Assembly: GCF_963921235.1 (NCBI RefSeq)
Contig: NC_086108.1
Span: 57,476,001-57,540,000 of the forward strand
DNA: 64,000 bases
Source: Mobula hypostoma
Taxonomy: Eukaryota
Reading direction: 5' to 3'
Made by a program: the position numbers and the translations under genes. Position 1 is the stretch's first letter. Every line of letters begins with the position of its first letter. Below, piece after piece: positions 13,401-23,240 of the stretch. The notes under the pieces were generated by a model, which saw only the letters and a program-made list of their open reading frames with translations, searched no databases and had not been told where the DNA came from.

Positions 13401-15358
13401 GGTGTCAAAGATTATGGTGAGAGAATATTAATTTGCCATGACTGAATGGTGGAGCAGATTCGATGGGCCAAATTACCCAACTCTGCTCCTTTGTCTTACA
13501 GTCTAAGAAAACAATTGCCACATTAAAAGGAACTAACATCCCACTCAAAATCCATATCAATGAAAAGGTCGAGACAACAGGGATCACTTCTGCTACTTTG
13601 GCTCAAATCTCACTAGCTCTCTTCGCCATCAAGGAGCACTCAATACCACAAATGGTAAGCCTCTGTCATTTTCTCTGGTTTTCCTTATATGGCTAGTGTT
13701 CTCTGTATTATCCTTTGTAGCTTGAAATCGTGGTCATGTACTCCTAGCAGCAGTGAATGCTGAATGGTTTTCTCTATCTGTGAAAATAAAATCCTTGGGG
13801 TCATTTGGGGCCATGTGTTCACTAACAATGGCATCCTTCAGATATGTAGTAGATTAGTGAATAAGCAGGACCCTTGCAGTCTTTACTGAGTAGATTAAAG
13901 GTAGCACATACCTCAAGATTACTTGGGTAAAGCTGTGCTCTATGGCCATTTCAAGAACAAATGTAATGCAGAGAAGGGCCAGAATATATTATAATGCCAA
14001 ATACTCATTAATCCTGCCAATAACTGGAAATACCCAAGGCACAGCCATTCAGTCTGTAGACATAGCCACAACAGGCGGCCCAGGATAAATCCTGCTGCTG
14101 GGGCAGGGAACCCTCGGCCTCTGTACATCAGGCTCTTCTCTGACTTGTACACTGACAGACCTCATCTTATTTTGTCAAAATGTTGCATGACTTCCTTCTC
14201 TATTCACAAAGCCAAGTATCCCATATCCAATATAATAGTTTTCTCAAAAGTTTAGTGCATGTACTTAAGTCTTTTCTAAGCATTTTAAAATTGTTCAATT
14301 AGCTTGTTTGTTCTATTGTTCTTTTTTCTAAAGTGCACTATAAACTTCTTGCAATAAATTTCATTTGCCAAGAGTTTCCTTTAGTGTTGTTAGTTCTCCT
14401 GAGTGAAGTCTGTTACCATAAAAAATCGTCATTGTTAACTGTATTTCTGAATTTTAACTGCAAAATTTTAAATTGTTCACGTTAAAAAGTTGCTAAAGGG
14501 GACCACCAGATGGCATCATTTTTCTCCACTTTGGAAAACAATTGTTCATCACAACTTTACTTTCTGTTCTTAATAGATTTATTGCCCCTTAATTCTAATA
14601 GACATCAAATTTTTGCAAGCCTATTAAATGGTATTTTTAGTGGGGTTGTTGAAAGTCAATACACATATCATGTAAATTTTTCTCATCAGCTTTTCTTGTT
14701 ACTTCATTAAGTTTAGTCAAGGTGTCTGTAATAAAGATGTACTGCCTGTTACTTATCAATCTACATTTCCAACACACTAATTAATTTTGTAGCAGGTTAT
14801 GATTTCCAACTATCCCCTTCATTGTCTTCAGATAGTTGTTGGGTTTGCTATTTTGGACAGGCAAAATACATTTCTACAGAAATACGTGGAAAAAATATAG
14901 TAAATTTTCAATTGAATCAAATCTACATAATTGGAGCAGAAGAATGTTTTCCAGAAGTCACTGTGACTTTGTGGAATGCTGATTAATATTAATGAGACTG
15001 ATTGATAAGACTACAAAAATTAAACATTTAAATTGCTAAAGCACAAATAATATACAAGAACCTGTTTGCATTAAAATTTCAAAATTAGGTTTCTAAAAAC
15101 AATCTTGAATAGTAAATAACAAACCTCTTATGCAGGTTGGCAATGGCTGAGCTGTTTCCTCTACTGTTTCAAACAACTTCCTATACCCACAACTTGGATG
15201 TTCGATTCTGAAATTTTAGTACATTATTAAATATTTCATTGACACAATTACCAAACTACTATTAACTCCTGATATTTTGAAACTATAACATTAAAGTATT
15301 CCAATTTTGTATGATGTAAGTTAACAAAACAAGAAATGATTACTTACTTATTTGCCAT
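1313..15358 (-). CDS. RPE65: Retinoid isomerohydrolase RPE65, partial CDS span (exons 1-4, residues 1-118): join of 15348-15358, 15125-15207, 6920-7070, 1313-1420; gene continues beyond the left edge
   Basis: Spliced translation [117 protein letters not shown]. Exon sizes 11/83/151/108 match the human RPE65 structure as I recall it. These exons are absent from the ORF track. Confidence 0.96.
1500..1757 (-). mobile_element. L1/Tx1-clade ORF2 fragment
   Basis: Minus-strand [15 protein letters not shown] resembles the Tx1 ORF2 linker motif (RSR...E.C.RFF). Confidence 0.5.
1758..2635 (-). mobile_element. Penelope-like element, GIY-YIG endonuclease remnant plus terminal repeat
   Basis: Minus strand reads [14 protein letters not shown] near 2280-2325 (GIY-YIG with the CxxC insert typical of PLEs), followed by the hammerhead-bearing repeat. 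Confidence 0.8.
1820..1855 (-). ncRNA. Degenerate hammerhead motif (PLE repeat)
   Basis: Minus strand AATT-CTGAAGA-A-GGGTCTCAGCCC-GAAA-TGTT-GACT; helix I weakened. Confidence 0.55.
2640..3590 (+). mobile_element. Rex1/Babar-like LINE 3' fragment
   Basis: [20 protein letters not shown]...[16 protein letters not shown]-terminus, frameshifted. Confidence 0.8.
3956..4180 (+). mobile_element. tRNA-derived SINE with 11-bp TSD, inserted in a minus-strand CR1 remnant
   Basis: A box TGGCGTAGTGG and B box GAGTTCGAACC; TSD ATGAGGGACAT at 3945-3955 and 4181-4191. Confidence 0.85.
4330..5248 (+). mobile_element. Rex1/Babar-like LINE, 5'-truncated
   Basis: KFADDT...[15 protein letters not shown]...[11 protein letters not shown]; ends AATAAA-CC-(TGATTC)n. 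Confidence 0.88.
6920..7070 (-). CDS. RPE65: RPE65 exon 3 ([50 protein letters not shown])
   Basis: TAG acceptor, GTATAG donor, 151 nt; highly similar to vertebrate RPE65. Confidence 0.97.
8247..12178 (+). mobile_element. Near full-length CR1 LINE (ORF1 zinc-finger/leucine-zipper plus SGNH esterase; ORF2 APE endonuclease plus RT), inactivated
   Basis: ORF1 has [24 protein letters not shown] and ELHLN. ORF2 has [26 protein letters not shown] and [10 protein letters not shown]. The 3' tail is TTCTATGTTTCTAT. Multiple stops and frameshifts are present. Confidence 0.92.
11165..11259 (+). mobile_element. Mini fold-back Penelope-derived insertion inside the CR1 RT
   Basis: AACACACATCAAAGTTGCTG...CAGCAACTTTGATGTGTGTT inverted arms; TSD TGAGGAA(G/T)TGGAGG at 11151-11164 and 11260-11273. 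Confidence 0.8.
12706..13500 (+). mobile_element. CR1 LINE 3' fragment
   Basis: [11 protein letters not shown]...[15 protein letters not shown]1-type 3' UTR. Confidence 0.85.
15125..15207 (-). CDS. RPE65: RPE65 exon 2 ([27 protein letters not shown])
   Basis: CAG acceptor, GTTTGT donor, 83 nt; [13 protein letters not shown] motif. Confidence 0.94.
15348..15358 (-). CDS. RPE65: RPE65 coding exon 1 (ATG GCA AAT AA)
   Basis: 11 coding nt followed by GTAAGT; phase fits exon 2; context ACAATGG. Confidence 0.85.
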
Positions 15359-15419
15359 TGTAAAGGTCAGTTCAAAGCAACTCCACTTTCAGCAAACCAA
15401 GTGTGTTTGTTTCAATGTA

Positions 15420-15700
15420 ACAGTAATTATATACAACCATGTTTAATCACGTTGTAGACTTAAGAGACTTAGACAGACATTTTGGCCATTCACCAAGTTT
15501 TAAGAAAACAAAAGCTGCTTTAAGTTTGCAAATCTGCCTGCTTTATTTCACTACTTAAAAGAATCTTAGAATTTTCTTGAATGGCCTATTCCTTGTTTTG
15601 CTTCAATCAGATTAAATTAACAAAGTATATTGCCACAATGTAGTTTACATTCCAACAATAAACCAAACAAAATTCTGTTCTCAGATTAGGAACCTCAAAA
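15420..15700 (-). promoter_or_regulatory. Candidate RPE65 proximal promoter
   Basis: TATATAA on the minus strand at 15433-15427, about 70 nt upstream of the ATG. TAATC/GATTA homeodomain-like cores lie near 15444, 15610 and 15684, and SOX-like AACAAAG/ACAAT at 15619-15639. These are short motifs in AT-rich DNA, so support is weak. Confidence 0.35.
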
Positions 15701-15954
15701 TTTGTCTCAGCAATTCCATGGACTGGGTCTCAGAATGTCTTCCCAGTAAAATGCCACAAGAAATAATGAAGAGGAGGAAGATGGTAATTTAGAAATATCT
15801 CAAACTATATTATTCCATCTGTATTTATATTAGAACTTACAATTATGCAATAACCATCATAAAAAATTTGGTGTTAGTTACTATGATTATGAAACTATCA
15901 TGTTATTATAAAATGAGTCCAAATAAAGGGTCTCAGTTCAAAAAGTCAACTGTG

Positions 15955-16705
15955 AAAAAAGACTAAGGAGCTGGTGGTAGACTGAGGAGAGCTAAGGTAC
16001 CGGTGACCCCTGTTTCCATCCAGGGGGTCAGTGTGGACATGGTGGAGGATTACAAATACCTGGGGATACGAATTGACAATAAACTGGACTGGTCAAAGAA
16101 CACTGAGGCTGTCTACAAGAAGGGTCAGAGCCGTCTCTATTTCCTGAGGAGACTGAGGTCCTTTAACATCTGCCGGATGATGCTGAGGATATTCTATGAG
16201 TCTGTGGTGGCCAGTGCTATCATGTTTGCTGTTGTGTGCTGGGGCAGCAGGCTGAGGGTAACAGACACCAACAGAATCAACAAACTCATTCGTAAGGCCA
16301 GTGATGTTGTGGGGATTGAACTGGACTCTCTGGCGGTGGTGTCTAAAAAGAGGATGCTGTCCAAGTTGCATGCCATCTTGGTCAGTGTCTCCCATCCACT
16401 ACATAATATACTGGGTGGGCACAGGAGTACATTCAGCCAGAGACTCATTCCACCGAGATGCAGCACAGAGCGTCATAGGAAGTCATTCCTGCCTGTGGCC
16501 ATCAAACTTTACAACTCCTCCCTTGGAGGGTCAGACACCCTGAGCCAATAGGCTGGTCCTGGACTTATTTCATAATTTACTGGCATAATTTACATATTAC
16601 TATTTAACTATTATGGTTCTATTACTATTTATTATTTATGGTCCAACTGTAACAAAAACCAATTTCCCCCGGGATCAATAAAGTATGACTATGACTATGA
16701 CTATG
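15955..16705 (+). mobile_element. Young 5'-truncated Rex1/Babar-like LINE with (ATGACT)n tail
   Basis: Uninterrupted 182-aa RT C-terminal ORF (YKYLG..IDNKLDW...KKGQSRLYFLRRL); AATAAA then (ATGACT)3. Confidence 0.88.
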
Positions 16706-16999
16706 TTTAAGATTTCCAGCATCTACAGAATCTCTTATGATTTTAAAAAAACAGCTGGCTCAGTGTTCTTTAGCTCCTTGATCAACCAGGCCGAAAGGTA
16801 ATTTAGGTAATTTCAGTAATGTGGCTGGTAACTGTAATCTGAAATAGCCTAAAAGTCACAAGACAGCAATAGGTAATAAATGCCAGCTTTGCTCTTGATG
16901 CCTGTGTTCCTGAATAAAAAAAAAAGAAATCACTATTATAGGCCCCGAATGAACGATCTTCTTATGAAGTTAATGAAACACAGCTTTGCACCTCGTCAT

Positions 17000-17390
17000 C
17001 ATCTTTATATGCTGTGCTGTATGATGTGGGCAATCATGGTCTACATGGCCATGATTTTTCTTGGGGCAAATATTTCTATGGAAGTGATTTGCCATTGCCT
17101 TCTTCTAGGCAGTGTCTTTACAAGACTGGTGACCCCAGTCATAATCAATACTCTTCAGCGATTGTCTGCCTTGTCTTAGTGGTCTCATGACCAGGAATTG
17201 TGGTATGCACTAGCTGCTCATATGACCATCCACCCAAGGCTTCACTGGACCCAGATCTGGGGGTGTAGTAGGGGGTGATGCTAAACAGGTGCTACATCTT
17301 GCCCAAGAGTGACCTGCAGGTTAATGGAGGGAAGGAACGCCTTAAACCTCTTTTGGCAGACACATATATCCACCCTGCCACCCCTCAAAA
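17000..17390 (-). mobile_element. Probable SINE with RTE-like 3' tail
   Basis: Minus strand GAAGAAGGCAATGGCAAATCACT...GACCATGAT resembles RTE-type 3' ends; GC-richer than its flanks. Confidence 0.4.
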
Positions 17391-17868
17391 GCTAAAATTT
17401 ATAGAAACATACAAAAACATCCATAAGCAGTAAGATATTAAATTATACCAAATAGCAGAAGATAAATAATGCTTAAAGTTTTATTGGCCATTGTACTACT
17501 GCATCAGATGCCCAGAGCTGGGCTCCATCAAACTGTCTTGTACACAGGCAAGACCTTTTGATTACCTGAAGCACTACTGCAGGGAATGGGCAAGTTTGAG
17601 AGCTGGACTATGCTCAGTGAAGGATTTTGGAACTGAGACTTGTTAGTCAAAGGTGAAGTGAGGGCTTTGGGTAAAGGTCTTCTGGGGTTGTCTGAGATTA
17701 ATGAACCTTGGCTGTGTGGAATGTGCTAGAGGTGTTGGTTAGGGGGTGGGGTCTCTGTTTATTTTCTGATCCTTAGGGTCCTTCAGTGAATCAGGAATGA
17801 TGAGCAGTCTTAATTCCAAGATTTCAGATTATATTAGAATATGAACAAACATACAAATACTAAATAAG

Positions 17869-20246
17869 CTCAGAATCAGGTTTGTTATCACTGGCATGTG
17901 ACATGAAATGTATTAATTTAGCAGCAGCAGTTCAATGCAATGCATAATCTAGCAGAGAGAGAGAAAAAATAAAATAAAACATAATAATAAACAAGTAAAC
18001 CAATTACGTATATTGAATAGATTTTTAAAAATGTGCAAAAACAGAAACACTATATATTTAAAAAAAGTGAGGTAATGTCCAAAGCTTCAATGTCCATTTA
18101 GGAATCGGATGGCAGAGGGGAAGAAGCTGTTCCTGAATCGCTGAGTGTGTGCCTTCAGGCTTCTGTACCTCCTACCTGATGGTAACAGTGAGAAAAGGGC
18201 ATGCCCTGGGTGCTGGAGGTCTTTAATAATGGACGCTGCCTTTCTGAGACACTGCTCCCTAAAGATATCCTGGGTACTTTGTAGGCTAGTACCCAATATG
18301 GAACTGACTAGATTTACAACCTTCTGCAGCTTCTTTCGGTCCTGTGCAGTAGCCCCTCCATACCAGACAGTGATGCAGCCTGTCAGAATGCTCTCCATGG
18401 TACAACTATAGAAGTTTTTTTTTCATTGCATTTCTTGCTTCTATTTCTTTTTTTTTAAATTACTAATTGTTTTGCAACACCAACAAATTACATTCAATAC
18501 AACCAATTGCCAATTACATTTTGACTATTTAACCCAGCCACCCCCCAACCTTCCGCAAGGGAAAGGTGGGTGTCATCATTTAGAAGACGTACAGCGGGGT
18601 CCATTGGTAATTGTACCCCCGTTAGTTCTGTAAGAGTACTGATAACCTTCCCCCACAAACCAAAATCCCCTGGACATTCCCATACAACATGTATAAAAGA
18701 GCCAACGGTTCCGTGGGGGCAAAATGAGCAATATGGGTCAGGAACCAGTCCCATTTAATGTCCAATTCTAGGTGTTAAATATGTTCTATGGCAAAATTTC
18801 AAGTGAACATACCAATGATTTGGGTTTTTCGAAGCACCAGCAGCATTATCCCAAATCGCATCTCAGTTCCAGTCTAAGTCTTGTCCCAATTCAGATATGT
18901 CCCTGTCCCAGGCTTCCATTCCTGATGTGGGCATATATTTCTGGGAGTTTAATTTATCATAGATATATAACACTCTCTGTCCTGGAGCACTCTGTCTCCA
19001 ACTTAAAATGGGGTGGTCCTTTAAATCTGACTCCCTGGGAACGCCGTAGGCTTTACAAGCTGATCTTACTCTGAAGTAGAAGGAAAGAGAGTGTTTATCA
19101 ATATTATATCGAGGTATCAGTTCTTGAAAGCTAAGGATAGTACTTGCCCCATTAATATCTTGAAGAGAAGTAATACCTTTATCCTCCCAAGTTCTGTTAG
19201 CGAATGGCTTCCCCCCAGATAGAAAATGATTATTGTAACTATAGAAATTTTTGAGTGTATTTGTTGACATGTCAAATCTCTTCAAACTCCGAATAAAGTA
19301 TAGCCATTGTCTTGTCTTCTTTATGACTACATTGATATGTTGGGACCAGGCTAGATCTTCAGAGATCTTGACACCCAGGAACTTGAAGCTGCTCTCTATC
19401 TCTCTCCACTTCTGATCCCTCTATGAGGATTGGTATGTGTACCTTCATCTTACCCTTCCTGAAGTCCACAATCAGCTCTTTTGTCTTACTGATGTTGAGT
19501 GCCAGGTTGTTGCTGCAGCACCACTCCACTAGTTGGCATATCCCACTCCTGTACACCCTCTCGTCACCACCTGAGATTCTTGCAACAACGGCTGTACTGT
19601 CAGCAAATTTGTCAATGGTATTTGAGCTATGCCTAGCCACACAGTCAGGTGTATATAGAGAGTAGAGCAGTGGGCTAAACACACACCCCTGAGGTGTGCC
19701 AGTGTTGATCGTCAACGAAGAGGATATGTTATTACCAACCTGTGATCTTCTGATTAGGAATTCAAGGATCCAATTGCAGAGGGAGGTACCGAGGACCAGG
19801 TTCTGCAACTTCTGAATCAGGATTGTGGGAATGATCATATTAAATGCTGAGCTATAGTCGATGAACAGCATCCTGACATAGGTGTTTGTGTTGTCTAGGT
19901 GGTCTAAAGTAGTGTGGAGAGCTACTGAGATTGCATCTGCCATTGACCTATTGTGGTAATAGGCAAATTGCAATGGGGCCAGGTCCTTGCTGAGGCAGGA
20001 GTTCGGTCTAGTCATAACCAACCTCTCAAAGCATTTCATCACTGTCGATGAATGTGCTACCAGGTGATAGTCACTAAGGCAGCCCACGTTGCCTTTTTGA
20101 AGCAAGGGGGAACGTCTGCCCGTAGCAGTGAGAGGTTTAAAATGTCCTTGAATACTCCCGCTAGTTGGTTAGCACAGGTTTTCAGAGCCTTACCAGGTAC
20201 TCCATCGGGACCTTCTGCCTTGCAAGGGTTCACTCTCTTTAAAGAC
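17869..20246 (-). mobile_element. Rex1/Babar-like LINE (RT domain to 3' end), split by an L1/Tx1 fragment
   Basis: ORF 19359..20105 ([29 protein letters not shown]). The 3' part is the same subfamily as 4330-5248. Confidence 0.9.
18420..19236 (-). mobile_element. L1/Tx1-clade 3' fragment with A-rich tail and TSD
   Basis: C-terminal zinc knuckle CSFC...HVVWEC; TSD AACTATAGAA(G/A)TTTTT at 18404-18419 and 19237-19252. Confidence 0.82.
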
Positions 20247-20479
20247 TAAATATAGAGCTAAGGTGCATGGATGCAAAGGCAAAGAAATAAAGAAGCCAAG
20301 TTAAGATGGCACCCCTAAATAATCTATCACTTTTATAATGAAGATAAGGAAAATTCCTTATATAGGAATGAATTAGTTAATAGGCTACATAATTAAAACA
20401 ATTACATCACGTGGGTAATGCGCTGGTACTTAGTAAATGAAAAATGGGAAAGGTGATAAGCTGTTAGTTTAGCTACTAT

Positions 20480-20710
20480 GTAAACACGAGGAATTCTGCA
20501 GATGCTGGAAATTCAAGCAACACACATCAAAGTTGCTGGTGAACGCAGCAGGCCAGGCAGCATCTTTAGGAAGAGGTACAGTCGACATTTCGGGCCAAGA
20601 CCCTTCGTCAGGACTGGCAAAGGGTCTCAGCCCGAAACGTTGACCGTACCTCTTCCTAGAGATGCTGCCTGGCCTGCTGCGTTCACCAGCAACTTTGATG
20701 TGTGTTGCGG
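20480..20710 (-). mobile_element. Palindromic Penelope-derived insertion (89-bp arms)
   Basis: Arms 20517-20605 and 20620-20708, 14-nt spacer; TSD TAGTTTAGCT(A/G)CTAT at 20465-20479 and 20711-20725. Confidence 0.88.
20580..20615 (-). ncRNA. Near-intact hammerhead motif (PLE repeat)
   Basis: Minus strand AGTC-CTGACGA-A-GGGTCTTGGCCC-GAAA-TGTC-GACT; one CpG transition in helix III. Confidence 0.65.
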
Positions 20711-23059
20711 TAGTTTAGCTGCTATACTGCTTTCTGCTAGTGAGTGTGAAAAATTCATGAGTTTGTTAAAAAGTACAAATATAAAAAATATTATTTAAAA
20801 AACAGCAGTTTCTAACAGTTAAGAGGGGAATAGATCATTTGCTGGGCCATTTCAGAGAGCATTTATTTTACCCATGGGTTACAGAATTTCTCCCTGAAGT
20901 ATATTAGTGAATTATATGGGTTTACTAAATGAATAAACAGTCAATGTCAACTGTTTATTCCTCTCCATTGATGTTGCTTGACCTGCTGAATTCCTTCAGC
21001 ATTTTGCGTGTTGCTCTGGATTTCCAGCACCTGCAGAATCTCTTGTGTTTATTACTCCAGTAGTTCTTATAGTTATTATTGTTGATTATTTTTGTTCCTC
21101 CCACAAAATCCAGAATTTAAATCCGATAGCTAGTATAATGGGATTTGAATTGCTTCTCCTCTTGACCGAATTACATACCCTCCCCTATCCTCTCACACAC
21201 TTCTCTTGGCCTCCACATCTTCCCCCAACCCCACCATTTCCTGTTCAAACAGTTATGGTAGTTGTCGCCATTGCCAATCTGTACATCAAGCGCACGTTCA
21301 CCTCAAAGTGGCCGTATCAGTGGAAGCTGTATTTATTTATTTGCAGACTGATGGCTAGAAAGTTCTTGTTTTGGCAGGAGATCCCATTGCAAAGTTTGTG
21401 TTTCTTGTGTTAGTATTTCTAATGCAAGCTATCTCAACAATTACACTGTGAAGGCTTGAGGTATGAGATTCTTTCAAGCACATTATGTACGATTACCATT
21501 CTTCTGTGATCTCAATTGAACATGCACAGATCCCGTTATTTTTATGCCTAGGATTGTCTATTACTATATCTGCGTGTTTTCATCCCATGAAGTCCACAAT
21601 GAGTAAATGACAGAAGGATGACTCGTTGCAAATTGAACTTCTGAGTTGATTCACATTTTTAGTGATGCAAGGATCAAGAAATGCTTATCTCACAATGGAG
21701 AATGATTTCCAACGCAACTTGCATAATGTTGCAAACAAATTATACAGTTGAATTTTCAAGATATTCTTATTGCAATTTAGCTAAATATTAGCTTAATGTA
21801 GCCAAACCAAGTGTACCTGATTTTGTCCTCTCCTCACATCCCATCCCTCTGATTGTGGCAGTTGTTGATCCCTGTCAGTTAGTTTCCCCAATTCATCCCA
21901 TTATTTTTTCTTGTAGGTTTGAATTTGTTTCAAATTTTGTTTCATTTCTCAAAAAAAACCCCAATTGAAATGAACACATTTATGCTTAAAACATTGACAT
22001 TTACAAATGAATTCAATTAATTACTGATTTTTTGTATTAGATACTTCCCTTTGGATCATAATTCACTTTTAAAATCATGGCAAGATTTTGTTTTTTTTTA
22101 AATTATTTCATGGATGTTATAGAACTAATTAAGTATGCATTGAGTATACTCTTCGATTTCCTCCATTCATTTGCATTTATCGTCTTCATTTTAAAATACC
22201 AGCAGGTAATATTTGAACTGAAATTTGCCCTGAAACCCCAAGCCAGACTGAAGCTAAGCATTTCGGAAGTCAACACAATCATTCTAGCAAATGGCTTAGA
22301 TCATTTTAATTCCTGAAGCTTATTTAATTTTAATGGATTGAGTGGGAAGTTATGTATTTCACCCATGTTCTGCACAATTATTGCTGTACATGTAGCCAAT
22401 GTAATAAAGATGTCCTTTTCAAAGCAATGTTGGAAATACTGGTGATACATCTTTGTCATTTAAAAAAATAGTAGGGAGAGCATTATCCCAGTTCCCTGAC
22501 TAACTTTCCCAATAGACTGAAACTCCAAGAATTCATTATTTGTTTGTTTAGAAATCCTGACAACATTGCACCTGACTGAACAGGGACTCCATTCCTATAG
22601 TCTCTTTACAAACTCTGTTTGGTTTCCTGGGTCTCTGTAAACTCACCTGATCCATTGAAGAGAAGGGAAAGACACCAGAAATTGGGGAAAAGTTCTTTCT
22701 CAAACCTCAAAATGAACAATTTGACAATGAACATGTTCAAAGTTATAATGTAGTATTATATGCATGATTGAACATAGGAACATAAACAGGAGAGTGTATA
22801 TCAAATGCCTTCTTCAGACTTTTTCAATATTCAACATAATCATTGCTAATCCAGCCTTGACTTCAACACCATTTCCCTACTGTCTTCCCACCCACCTTGT
22901 ATTTAAATATGTTTCAATCCCCACTTTGAATATGTTCAATGACTCCACACCTATGGTTCTCTGGGGTGCAGAGATTAATGCCGCATACAATTTCTCCTCA
23001 TTGTAATCTTAAATTATACCAGCCAAATTTTCCAGAAAAACAAATAATCATTCCCAATT

Positions 23060-23240
23060 AATACACAAAATGCTAGAGGAACTCAGCAGACCAGGCAGCA
23101 TTGTTGGTAAAAAGTAAACAGTCTCAGCCCAAAATGTCGACTGTTTACTCTTTTTCATAGATGCTGCCTGACCTGCTGAGTTCCTCCAGCATTTTGTGTA
23201 TTGCTTTCGATTTCCAGAATTTGCAGATTTTATGTTTGTG
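23060..23240 (+). mobile_element. Palindromic Penelope-derived insertion (arms of about 64 bp)
   Basis: AATACACAAAATGCT...AAACAGTC / GACTGTTT...AGCATTTTGTGTATT, then an unpaired tail; imperfect flanking repeat TCATTCC(C/T)AA. Confidence 0.78.

Noticed and set aside
20480..20710. miRNA precursor or DNA-transposon MITE
   Set aside because: The arms are copies of the PLE terminal repeat, which is linked to GIY-YIG remnants elsewhere in the window. The asymmetric tail and 15-bp TSD fit PLE integration rather than TIR transposition.
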